In this document: positions 55,296 to 64,000 of the stretch, piece after piece
Position numbering within the stretch: position 1 is the first letter of the stretch
Layout of the letters: every line of letters begins with the position of its first letter
Virus record (IMG/VR): IMGVR_UViG_3300044712_001062
Coordinates: 32,001-96,000 of that record
Length of the DNA stretch: 64,000 nucleotides
Strand: one strand, 5' to 3'
DNA from: a virus
Position numbers and translations under genes: made by a program
The notes under the pieces: generated by a model
The model's database searches: none
What the model was told of the DNA's origin: nothing
What the model saw: only the letters and a program-made list of their open reading frames with translations

Positions 55296-55877
55296 ATGAA
55301 AGAAAAAATTTTATCAAATCTCATACTTAACACTACTTGTGAATATTCAGAATTCATCATCCCACTATCATTACTCACACAATCCAACAACCAAACATTA
55401 TCAAAAAAAGTCACATTCAATGCTGATTGGTGTAATACATCACCCGAAGAAATAAAGAGTGGTATAGCAAAAACTTCTTTAATGCTATCGAATCGCATAG
55501 ATCTCGAAATTATAAAACTATTAATTAATTTTCAAAACCCACTTACTTTCATATCTAAAGATAAATGGAAAAATGGAGGGATTGCATATGACATTGGGGA
55601 ATCAATTCCACAAGAACACATAACACTATTCTATCCACTCAAACTATACCAGTATAATATACATGAGCAACTTAAAGAACTTTCAAATTTCCATACAATA
55701 AAAGCAATTGGCACTATGAAATTGAACCGCATAAATAAGGCAATAGTAATCGCATCTGAAACCCCAATACAAATAACATATAATATATCATTCGATGGCG
55801 ATCAAATGGGCAATTTCGATTACACTATTAAAATAGATCCAAATGCTGATATCTACATCATAGAAAATATTTGCTAA
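55296..55877 (+). CDS. Hypothetical protein
   Basis: 193-aa ORF with a TATA box upstream. Confidence 0.65.
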   Translation: MKEKILSNLILNTTCEYSEFIIPLSLLTQSNNQTLSKKVTFNADWCNTSPEEIKSGIAKTSLMLSNRIDLEIIKLLINFQNPLTFISKDKWKNGGIAYDIGESIPQEHITLFYPLKLYQYNIHEQLKELSNFHTIKAIGTMKLNRINKAIVIASETPIQITYNISFDGDQMGNFDYTIKIDPNADIYIIENIC

Positions 55878-56088
55878 AATCACCCACCCCTATTTTATTC
55901 CCTGCAAAAAATATGCGCTAATGGTTCTCCAAGTCATTATATACAACCTGAACACCCCCAACCTACCAAACATTTAAATACTTTAACTACCAACATACTA
56001 AATGCAAGGGATGTTGTTAACTGATCCACTAACAAACCCTTAAAATTCGATCATTAATTAATCAATGATCACCAAGGAGCAAATTCAA

Positions 56089-56313
56089 ATGTCAAACGAA
56101 GTATCTTACCCAATCGCAACTACCGAATCAATCATTAAGAAGAATGCAGGCGTTCACCGCATTTCACATGGCGCTGGAGTAAAACTCGCAAGTCTCGCAG
56201 CATCACATATCATCGATCTCGCAACCAAGGCCAACACCGTGGCAACTCACGCTGGACGCACTACGATCCGCGAAGAAGATATCGATGTAGTTCTCGGCCT
56301 CTCCTCAAATTAA
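56089..56313 (+). CDS. Archaeal HMf-type histone
   Basis: YPIATTESIIKKNAGVHRIS...A...ATHAGRTTIREEDI matches the histone-fold consensus LPxAxxxRI..xxxRVS...HAGRKTIKxEDI. AAGGAG RBS before ATG 56089. Confidence 0.9.
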   Translation: MSNEVSYPIATTESIIKKNAGVHRISHGAGVKLASLAASHIIDLATKANTVATHAGRTTIREEDIDVVLGLSSN

Positions 56314-56386
56314 AAATTTAACTTCTCCAAGTCTAAAATCTGAATCATACGTGGCATAATCAACCATTACTTTTTTAAATTATCAC

Positions 56387-56459
56387 AGTCCTATAGTGTA
56401 GTGGCCAACCATACTGGATTTTGAGTCCGGTGACACCAGTTCGAATCTGGTTAGGACTA
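56387..56459 (+). tRNA. tRNA-Gln(TTG)
   Basis: AGTCCTA/TAGGACT acceptor stem (A1-U72, archaeal Gln type); D loop TAGTGGCCAA; CTGGA-TT-TTG-AG-TCCGG anticodon arm; ACCAG-TTCGAAT-CTGGT T arm; no CCA. Confidence 0.92.
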
Positions 56460-56631
56460 TCATGAAAACCTTAAATTTCTCCAAACCTTCACCAAACCCA
56501 ACCATTCAAATGATCGCACAAATGGTCCATCACAACGAACTACCATTTACACACGCTCTATACATCCTCCAGGTCGATCCTGAAGAACTTCAAGCACTAC
56601 TAACAATCTACCCTAAAAAAGTTTAAAAAAA

Positions 56632-56952
56632 TTAATGTGAATGATTACAAGTAGTTGCCTGACAATCACAACCAATCGATGTCCAAGAAGTATTATGAGT
56701 AAGTTCAATACCATTCACATAAAGAAGCCCACTCACTACACTACCACTTGGCACTTCAACATCTTCTAAATCCTGATTGACAAATTCCTCGAATTCTTCT
56801 TGCAATCTACCTAATTCCTCACACTTCCGATCAATTTCACCTTCCAATCTCTCAATCTTACTCAATTTCCCCTTAATCTGATCCTTAACCCACTTAATTT
56901 TCTTCTCCATCATTTCACTCTCAACTTCATCAACTAATTCGCCAATAATCAT
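56632..56952 (-). CDS. Coiled-coil hypothetical protein
   Basis: 106 aa; ATAGAGGT RBS motif. Confidence 0.65.
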   Translation of the reverse strand: MIIGELVDEVESEMMEKKIKWVKDQIKGKLSKIERLEGEIDRKCEELGRLQEEFEEFVNQDLEDVEVPSGSVVSGLLYVNGIELTHNTSWTSIGCDCQATTCNHSH

Positions 56953-57017
56953 AATAAATTACCTCTATAACTTAACTTTTATACCTAACAATATATAAAA
57001 CTATCCCAAAAACCCAC

Positions 57018-57284
57018 CTAATTATACTTCTCAATTACATCCATCATGCCTTCAAACAACTCCTGCCCCAATTTCGTAACAAAAACAACCACATCATTCC
57101 CATTGGATCTTTGCCCAACTAACCCGCCATTCACTAAAATCTCCAATGTCTGAACAGCCTTAATACCCCCCAACTCCAATGGCCCATTCTCATAAATGTC
57201 CACAAAAACATCATAAGTTCGCTCATTCAACGCAACAACATTATTTCTATATTCTTCATAATATTTTAAGGGGGTTCTTTTCAT
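57018..57284 (-). CDS. Small wHTH-like protein
   Basis: LxxxGLV...VTKLG wing motif. Confidence 0.55.
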   Translation of the reverse strand: MKRTPLKYYEEYRNNVVALNERTYDVFVDIYENGPLELGGIKAVQTLEILVNGGLVGQRSNGNDVVVFVTKLGQELFEGMMDVIEKYN

Positions 57285-57468
57285 TATTCCCCACCCTTTT
57301 CAAACTCAATAACAATCTTTTCGATCATCTTACAAATTTCATTGCAAATTTCGGCCAATTCATAAAACAATAAACTTATGACCTCAAAAATCATCCCCAT
57401 AAAAGCAAATGGCAACATAAAAACCAACACTATAAACAACCTAATCCCCTTACGATAATTTTCCATAT

Positions 57469-57936
57469 TCAACCATCCCCCAACAAGCATTCGTCATTTG
57501 CCCAGGCATTGCAAAATCCAACTGCCAGTTTCTCAATCATCATCTCGAAAATACTATTGCCAAAGTCATTCAATGGCTTTTTCCTCTCCAAATACCCCAA
57601 AAAGTTATCGCAAACAATATGAACCATCTCATGAGTAACCGTCAGCATCCAATCAATGCCAACCACATCCTTATTCACAAAAATAACATACTTATTAAGC
57701 GTCCTTTGCGACTCATAATATCCATGGACACAACCATCAATCCCCTTCAACTTAATATGATCATCGTCAATAATCTCGCCATACACATCACAGTCATTCA
57801 ACCTCATCAAATCCTGCAATTCGATAATATATCTGGCCAAATTTACATCATTCAATTCCATATAACAAACTATATACAACAACACATATAAAAGCCCAAC
57901 CCAAAAGTTTAAATAATCTATTTTTTTCGATCTCAA
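57469..57936 (-). CDS. HExxH zincin-like metallopeptidase domain protein
   Basis: LTVTHEMVHI followed by a downstream E. Start codon uncertain. Confidence 0.6.
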   Translation of the reverse strand: MRSKKIDYLNFWVGLLYVLLYIVCYMELNDVNLARYIIELQDLMRLNDCDVYGEIIDDDHIKLKGIDGCVHGYYESQRTLNKYVIFVNKDVVGIDWMLTVTHEMVHIVCDNFLGYLERKKPLNDFGNSIFEMMIEKLAVGFCNAWANDECLLGDG

Positions 57937-58007
57937 CGACTACTATTTGCGAACTTTTATAACTCACGCGCACATAAAACCCTGCTAAAAAAGACCCGGA
58001 AAAACTA

Positions 58008-58078
58008 CTCTAACAAAAACAAAGGAAAAGGAAATGATCTTCCTCTTCTTTTATTCTTGCGTTGGGGTACATACAAAT
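58008..58078 (-). ncRNA. Dispersed hairpin-RNA element, copy G
   Basis: Minus strand: TTTATAAA (58098-58091), 12 nt, ATTTGTATGTACCCC. Hairpin GCAAGAAUAAA/UUUGUUUUUGU + GAAGAGGAAG/UUUCCUUUUC. Ends GTTAGAG. Confidence 0.72.
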
Positions 58079-58149
58079 AAGAATAACCAATTTATAAAAC
58101 TATTGTTCCACGATAATTATTAATGTTATAATAACAAATATACTCGTAT

Positions 58150-58722
58150 ATGTTCATCAAACCAATTCAAACACGATATCAAGGTTATAATTTTCGAAGT
58201 AGGCTTGAAGCACGTTGGGCAGTATTTTTCGACGCTTTAAACATCAACTGGGAATATGAAAGTGAAGGATATGTATTGCCAAATGGCAAAAATTATCTCC
58301 CAGATTTTTATTTACCACAAGTAAACATGTATGTAGAAGTAAAGCCAAAGATTGGTTTTGATGAAATTGCTCTTTCTAAATGTAAAGAACTTGTAATGTC
58401 ATTAAAATGTGGAATATTGCTTGCCGAAGGAATGCCAGGATCTACCCCAGTTATAAATGGCTATGAATATGGCGAGCAACTATACGAAGATGATGGAACA
58501 TACATAAATCCAAACCCTGACGAATACATTGCGGCAAAATACCAATATCATCTATGGAATCCACATAATTACCATCAATGCGAAGGTAGATTTTATAACG
58601 ATCCTGGTTGGTATCCCAATTATGTATATTATATGGACGAAATTTACAAAAATATCATCAATGAAGCGGCGAACAAAGCAAAAAGTGCGAGATTTGAATT
58701 TGGTCAAAATGGCCCAACATAA
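58150..58722 (+). CDS. PD-(D/E)XK-family nuclease
   Basis: FRSRLEARWAVFFD...WEYE.EG...YLPDFYLP...EVKP. Confidence 0.85.
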   Translation: MFIKPIQTRYQGYNFRSRLEARWAVFFDALNINWEYESEGYVLPNGKNYLPDFYLPQVNMYVEVKPKIGFDEIALSKCKELVMSLKCGILLAEGMPGSTPVINGYEYGEQLYEDDGTYINPNPDEYIAAKYQYHLWNPHNYHQCEGRFYNDPGWYPNYVYYMDEIYKNIINEAANKAKSARFEFGQNGPT

Positions 58723-58734
58723 AAAATTTAATCA

Positions 58735-59124
58735 TCAAATTTTAATAACCTTATAGTCATTTGGCAAATCCTCAACCTCATCCACCACAATCCCTTCTAC
58801 AAATTTTGAATTATCCTCCTCAATGACCTCCAACTCCCAATTTTTACCATCATCATCTTCAGGTAAATCAAACGCCCTACTACATTTCGAACACAACGCA
58901 TATCTACCAGACTTAAAAATCGGATTAACATAACATATCCTATAATTATAACTATAACATTCTGGGCACTTAATCTTCTCAAAAATAGGATCGTTTAATA
59001 AATCCTGCTCATCTACATCAAATGGTTGAACCTTCGTTACTTCATTCCATACATTCACAACAACCCACATAATCACAAACATCAATAACATACCTATTAG
59101 TATTTCCACGATCATAACATACAA
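58735..59124 (-). CDS. Membrane-anchored Zn-ribbon protein
   Basis: N-terminal TM helix; CPEC...CSKC. Confidence 0.6.
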   Translation of the reverse strand: MYVMIVEILIGMLLMFVIMWVVVNVWNEVTKVQPFDVDEQDLLNDPIFEKIKCPECYSYNYRICYVNPIFKSGRYALCSKCSRAFDLPEDDDGKNWELEVIEEDNSKFVEGIVVDEVEDLPNDYKVIKI

Positions 59125-59210
59125 AACACCTACCCATTATATATAAATATAGCACAAAAATTTATATACTCAACCAACACCTTTAAATACTATAAATCCC
59201 AACTCATATT

Positions 59211-59696
59211 ATGGTTTTTATACTTACTCAAGAATACAATACTACCATTGGGAATGCTCCAGCCCGCGATATCCTGGATCTTCAAGGTTACACCAATTAT
59301 CGCATTATCAAAGACGAAAATGGCGAATATAATGTATATATTGTATATGGAGAGCAATCCAACGCTCTATTTAAAGTGCCAAGTGAAAAAGAATGTGTGA
59401 CCATCATGCAAAATATCCTCACATACCACGCGAAGCATGAAAATCACATAATTTGCGATATTAATGCCTTTTTAATCCCAGAAGTCAATCCCGAAGGCAC
59501 AACAGTAGAAGAACTTCACGATCTAATCCTGGAAGTTGCCGAATTACATGGCTACGATGAATTAGTCTCATTATATGAACATAAACTCGAAGAACTCGAA
59601 ACCAATTTATCTGAAGATCCTAACTTCCAGTCAATAATGAACACTGTTGAAAAATTAGATAAAGGTATTGCACCACTTGGAGAACTCAAATTATGA
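59211..59696 (+). CDS. Hypothetical protein (packaging operon)
   Basis: Leaderless (TTTAAATA plus 21 nt); ATGA overlap with the next gene. Confidence 0.7.
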   Translation: MVFILTQEYNTTIGNAPARDILDLQGYTNYRIIKDENGEYNVYIVYGEQSNALFKVPSEKECVTIMQNILTYHAKHENHIICDINAFLIPEVNPEGTTVEELHDLILEVAELHGYDELVSLYEHKLEELETNLSEDPNFQSIMNTVEKLDKGIAPLGELKL

Positions 59697-60229
59697 TTCG
59701 CGATGAATGTCCAATATGCAAGAGTGGAGCATTTGGCCTCAAATGGACAAGGGATTATTTCGCACGAGACGACATAACCGCTCAAGATCTCGCAACTCAC
59801 TTCAGCATAACCACTGAAGATGTCATGGATCACATTAACAACCATGAAATTTGCGTGGGAGTTACCACCACTTCAAATGGCCGACAAGTCAAAGAACTTC
59901 GAAGTCCCGATCTACTATTAGACGAATTGGGTGTTCTATACAGTATTGTTCGTGATTGTGTTGAATACATTCGTCAAGATGGCGAGTGGGATACCGTAAA
60001 AATTGATCAACTTACTAAATTATCCAAGGAATGCACAAACATAATCAGTAAAATAGGCGAGTTCCAAGGTCGTCTAAAGCCAACCACCACCATTGAAAAT
60101 AAAATTCTACACGTTGAAGGAAATTTAAATACAGTAACCAGTTTACTTTCAGGAGGAATTCTATGTCCAACTTGCCAGAAAAAGGCAGATCGCATGATTG
60201 AAGACATTACACCAACACTCATTGAATAA
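59693..60229 (+). CDS. Putative terminase small subunit
   Basis: CPIC...HTH...HxxxH N-terminus and helical oligomerisation region; immediately upstream of TerL. Confidence 0.6.
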   Translation: MIRDECPICKSGAFGLKWTRDYFARDDITAQDLATHFSITTEDVMDHINNHEICVGVTTTSNGRQVKELRSPDLLLDELGVLYSIVRDCVEYIRQDGEWDTVKIDQLTKLSKECTNIISKIGEFQGRLKPTTTIENKILHVEGNLNTVTSLLSGGILCPTCQKKADRMIEDITPTLIE

Positions 60230-60267
60230 CCCACCTTTTTATATAACGTAAATATTCACTTTGATTA

Positions 60268-61743
60268 GTGTCAGAAACTTTATCACTCAAAGAACGCCTT
60301 GAATATGCCAAAACAGTCAATAAGGCACGCAACGATCCAATTTGGTTCTTAAGAGATGTGATGGGATGGAAAACAATATTCCCAAAACAAGAAGAAATTA
60401 TTAGAACATTTTATCAATATAAATATGATCAAACACTTCCGGAATTTAAAAAGTTAATAATCAAAGCGGGTCAAAGATCGGGTAAAACGGTATTAGGAGG
60501 CAAGATAGCCTCTTTTGAATTTTTCGAACTGGTGAGTTTGGACAACCCACATGAACACTTCAATGTTCTTCCAAGTCAGCCAATTGCTATTTCTTGTGTT
60601 GCAGCAGGCCGTGAACAAGCAATGGACGGTATCTACGCAGTTATGCGCAATGATATTGAACAAAGCGAGTGGTTTAATCAATGGTTCGATCTAAAAATCA
60701 ATGATGGTCGAATTACCTGCCCAAAAAAGAATGTATTTGCCCAAGTGACTGCAGCGAAAGCAGGGAGTGGCGCAGGCACTGGATATACCTCAAAATTTTC
60801 ATTAGCCGATGAAATAGACCTATTTCAGCAAACGGACTCCAAAGTGGGCGCAGAAATTGTTTGGTCAAAAATGGTTAACTCTACTCAAAGTTTAGGTATA
60901 AAAGGTAAGTGCATGGCCATTTCATCCACTCAATTTTCGGGTGGGATGATTGAAAAATTGTACGGTGATGGAATATATGAAGATACCACATTAACTTACG
61001 ATCTCAAAACATGGGAATGTAATCCACGATTCAATGAAGCCGCTCTCCGTGAAGAATATAAATATAAAATGGAAATGTTCTGGAGAGATTTTGCAAATCG
61101 ACCCGATGTATCTGGTGGACTAGTATTCCCACAAGGAGTTCGTTTCAACCGCAATATCACAAATGTATTCGAAACTGATCGAATTCCCGAAGAATCACAA
61201 CGACATTATCATGTTCTTGCGTGCGATCCTGCATACCGCAACGATTCTTTTGGTATGTCATGTGGGTATCGTGATGGCAATCACATAATTATCGACGGGG
61301 TAATGAAATTCGAAAAACGCGATACAAATGACGCATATGTCCTTCCATCCGACATCGAAGCAGGAATCGAAAAAGCAATACACGATCTCAATGTCACCAC
61401 CCTCATATATGATACTGATACCATGATGCAAGTCATCGAGAAATGTGATAATCAATGGGGTGTTGAAACGCTTAAACATATTGCTGATTCTGAAGTTTAT
61501 GGAACTTGGATGAGCCTGAATGATGATGTTGGTGAATTTAACTTGGATGTTGTATATAACGAACATTTAAAGAGAGAAGCCGAACAACTCATCAAAGTTC
61601 AAAAAGCACGAGGTATAAAAGTCGATCACACTGCCTACTCAAGCAAAGATTTGGCAGATACGACTGCTCACTGTATTTGGTATTTAGCCAACAACGAAGG
61701 CGGATCCATCTACACCCCAAGTGGTGGAATATACCGCATCTAA
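60268..61743 (+). CDS. terL: Terminase large subunit
   Basis: Walker A AGQRSGKT, Walker B LADEID, coupling motif ISS, nuclease LACDPA..ND and KDLAD. Confidence 0.92.
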   Translation: MSETLSLKERLEYAKTVNKARNDPIWFLRDVMGWKTIFPKQEEIIRTFYQYKYDQTLPEFKKLIIKAGQRSGKTVLGGKIASFEFFELVSLDNPHEHFNVLPSQPIAISCVAAGREQAMDGIYAVMRNDIEQSEWFNQWFDLKINDGRITCPKKNVFAQVTAAKAGSGAGTGYTSKFSLADEIDLFQQTDSKVGAEIVWSKMVNSTQSLGIKGKCMAISSTQFSGGMIEKLYGDGIYEDTTLTYDLKTWECNPRFNEAALREEYKYKMEMFWRDFANRPDVSGGLVFPQGVRFNRNITNVFETDRIPEESQRHYHVLACDPAYRNDSFGMSCGYRDGNHIIIDGVMKFEKRDTNDAYVLPSDIEAGIEKAIHDLNVTTLIYDTDTMMQVIEKCDNQWGVETLKHIADSEVYGTWMSLNDDVGEFNLDVVYNEHLKREAEQLIKVQKARGIKVDHTAYSSKDLADTTAHCIWYLANNEGGSIYTPSGGIYRI

Positions 61744-61881
61744 TTTTTATTCCCACTCCATTTATATAAGGACAATAACCTCATTTCATCACACGATCAT
61801 TGGATCGTCAAACTCCGAAGCAATTGAGGTGTGGAAATCCTCACACTATATTATCCAATTGTTTTGTCGGGATAGAAGCCA

Positions 61882-63561
61882 ATGGCTCTCCCAGAGTATA
61901 ATGAGGTTGAATTTATGTCTGAAACAAAATCGAAGCGTAGACAACGCTATAAATTTTCTGCAGCCTCCAATCGAACGCCAAACAAATTGCCAACGCAATC
62001 TTTTACTCGTCCGTGCGTATCGGGAGTCGCTGTTCATCAGGCAAATTCATCTAATTTCGTTAATTTTTTAAACGGCATATCGGACTTCGCGAATGAGCCA
62101 AAAGACGATCTTCTCGAACACATGTATACCATGGAACCCGAGATCGCAAGTGCAGTGGACAGTTTCGCACTTATGGTTCGCGAATCCTTTAAATACTTTG
62201 ATGTAATTAACGATACAGAATTAGATAATTTGCCAGACAAATTAGAAATTGACGATCAAACATTTGATTTCTCCAAGGCCAATAACAAATTACTTCGTGA
62301 AATGGTAGATGTCGCCAATAAACTTTCCAAGGAACTTGACATCAAAAATCTATACGAAATTTATGCATCAGTATTGTTCATGCATGGGAATCTATTCCTT
62401 AAAATCAACAAAAACTTATCATTAACAGTCCTTCCAAATGATCGCGTAACAGTATTAGACACCCTCAACCGCCTGCAGGATTCAGCAAGTGGTAATACAA
62501 TCGACGATCTCATGATGCAGGCTAATTTCCTCGTTGTTGATGAAAATTTAGACACCCAGAAAATCTACAACAAAGGCGAGTTCATCATCATCAGATTCCG
62601 CGACACCCCACTCTATGTTGAAGACTCTAAAGGCCGAGTAACCTACGGAATATACGGTGTTTCGCCACTTCGACGCACTATCATCCCAGTATGGTATAAG
62701 CGTATTATTATGGCCAATGACGCACTCTGGCGATACCGAAACGTCCCACGCCTGCACGTACAATTGGCAGCCGAATCATTCAATTCGTTGAACTTCCAGG
62801 GAAATCCAGAACTTCGCCGCCAAAAAGCCGAAGGTGCAGCAACATCCGCATTATCACAGCAAGCCGCTGTAATGGAAGAACAAGGCCCCGATCAAGCATT
62901 CATCACATTGGACACCACTAAAATTTCCACGGTGGACGCTAATTCCGGCGGATATATGCAAGCAAATGAACTTCTAAACCAAGTTAATGAATCTATATTT
63001 TCAGCCGTTAATATGCCCGTCTCGATCATCAAGGGAGTTTCATCATCCAATTATGCAAGTGAACTTGTGATATACGCACATGCAAGCATAAAAGTTGCCC
63101 AAATCGCTGATAAAATTTCCCGAGTAATCCTCAAGATCATGAAGGAAAGACTTCGTCTTATCAACCCATCATATCCAGTTGAATTCCTCGAATGCAATAT
63201 AAGCGCAGACATCAGTGCAAACCCACTTGACAACCTCAAAAAGGCTCAATTCAAATACGCAATGTCTGGATGCTACACAGAAACCGAAATACGACGAACT
63301 ACCGGTGATAAACCCCTTACCGAAGAACAAAAGAATTCCAGCGAACTCATCAAGAAGTTCGAAGCAGAAGTCAAAAATCTCAACACAAAACAAACAACAT
63401 TTGCTGATTACAACACACCTGGTGGAAATTCCAATGGGCAAACATCATACCCAACCACCTCTCATAGCGCTGACAAACAACCAACAGACACCGCACAAGC
63501 CGTCATCAACAAAGGGGCCAACAGCAAAATAAACGAAAAAACCGGAATGAAACCCATCTAA
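61882..63561 (+). CDS. Portal protein
   Basis: About 550 aa directly after TerL; YGVSPL motif, SNYAS, and TETEIR..G..PL C-terminal motif. Start may be 61915. Confidence 0.85.
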   Translation: MALPEYNEVEFMSETKSKRRQRYKFSAASNRTPNKLPTQSFTRPCVSGVAVHQANSSNFVNFLNGISDFANEPKDDLLEHMYTMEPEIASAVDSFALMVRESFKYFDVINDTELDNLPDKLEIDDQTFDFSKANNKLLREMVDVANKLSKELDIKNLYEIYASVLFMHGNLFLKINKNLSLTVLPNDRVTVLDTLNRLQDSASGNTIDDLMMQANFLVVDENLDTQKIYNKGEFIIIRFRDTPLYVEDSKGRVTYGIYGVSPLRRTIIPVWYKRIIMANDALWRYRNVPRLHVQLAAESFNSLNFQGNPELRRQKAEGAATSALSQQAAVMEEQGPDQAFITLDTTKISTVDANSGGYMQANELLNQVNESIFSAVNMPVSIIKGVSSSNYASELVIYAHASIKVAQIADKISRVILKIMKERLRLINPSYPVEFLECNISADISANPLDNLKKAQFKYAMSGCYTETEIRRTTGDKPLTEEQKNSSELIKKFEAEVKNLNTKQTTFADYNTPGGNSNGQTSYPTTSHSADKQPTDTAQAVINKGANSKINEKTGMKPI

Positions 63562-63653
63562 ATTTTTCATTTTTACGCGACAAATCTCAAGGCTCATATG
63601 GAGAACCAATTCCCTAACACCACAATTTTTGAAAGAACAAACGCCCCCAAATA

Positions 63654-63732
63654 CTCCTTAACAAAACGAAAAAGAAAGTCCGGATCTCATCCCGTCTTCC
63701 TGTTCATTTTGTTGCGTGAGGCACATACAAAT
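63654..63732 (-). ncRNA. Dispersed hairpin-RNA element, copy H
   Basis: Minus strand: TTTATATA (63753-63746), 13 nt, ATTTGTATGTGCCT. Hairpin AACAAAAUGAA/UUCGUUUUGUU + AGGAAG/CUUUCU + GGAU/AUCC. Ends GTTTTGTTAAGGAG. Confidence 0.72.
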
Positions 63733-63846
63733 ATACTCTTAACTATATATAAAACTATTGTATAATATACATTTTTAATACTTAAAATTATAAAACATTA
63801 TTATCACTACCTTTATATAAGGACAATTTTATAAATCTTTGCCAAG

Positions 63847-64000
63847 ATGTCAATCCACAATCATGTTAAGGATTTCCAAACATATGTCATTGATAGCCCC
63901 ATTGTAACTGCGGGTAAATTTACTGACAAATCTGGGAAAACTCTTGAATTATCAAGCGATGATGTGGCGAGTATCTTCAACGATGTTAACAGCCAAGTTG
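63847..64000 (+). CDS. Start of probable prohead protease/scaffold (partial)
   Basis: MSIHNHVKDFQTYVIDSPIVTAGKFTDKSGKTLELSSDDVASIF... open to the window end; position after the portal. Confidence 0.5.
   Translation, partial: MSIHNHVKDFQTYVIDSPIVTAGKFTDKSGKTLELSSDDVASIFNDVNSQV

Overview
This is a 64-kb segment of a large, AT-rich tailed dsDNA virus (Caudoviricetes-type: terminase large subunit, portal, tail-fibre genes). The host is almost certainly archaeal, most likely a methanogen of the Methanomicrobia. Evidence: TATA-box promoters 22 nt upstream of leaderless ATGs, an HMf-type histone, an archaeal-style tRNA-Gln, and an 'LRQPEVS' HTH regulator. From left to right: (1) recombination module with Cas4/AddB-like exonuclease, Sak4-like AAA ATPase and OB-fold SSB (1-3.4 kb); (2) a long minus-strand array of tiny accessory ORFs, including a Lar-like protein (3.6-25.4 kb); (3) tail-fibre/adhesin island (25.4-33.9 kb); (4) thymidylate kinase, HTH regulator, stand-alone RuvB and a second small-ORF array (34-45.6 kb); (5) a non-coding RNA island with a T-loop hairpin array, a box C/D-like RNA, tRNA-Leu and a ~170-nt closed RNA, next to RNase HI (45.6-47.4 kb); (6) an Ocr-like DNA mimic and a sharp strand-skew switch with iteron-like repeats (51-53.5 kb); (7) histone, tRNA-Gln, nuclease, TerS/TerL, portal and the start of a probable prohead protease (56-64 kb). 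The most unusual signal is eight dispersed, independently promoted elements: TATA, 10-13 nt, ATTTGTATGT(G/A)C, a ~22-25-bp G-U-rich hairpin, then GTTTTGTT(T)AGAG. Six of them lie in convergent pairs. A separate ~170-nt RNA has a large loop that is a mosaic of exact antisense matches to these elements. Together they suggest an undescribed virus-encoded RNA-RNA (or RNA-DNA) system. All calls were made by eye from sequence motifs; no database searches were run.
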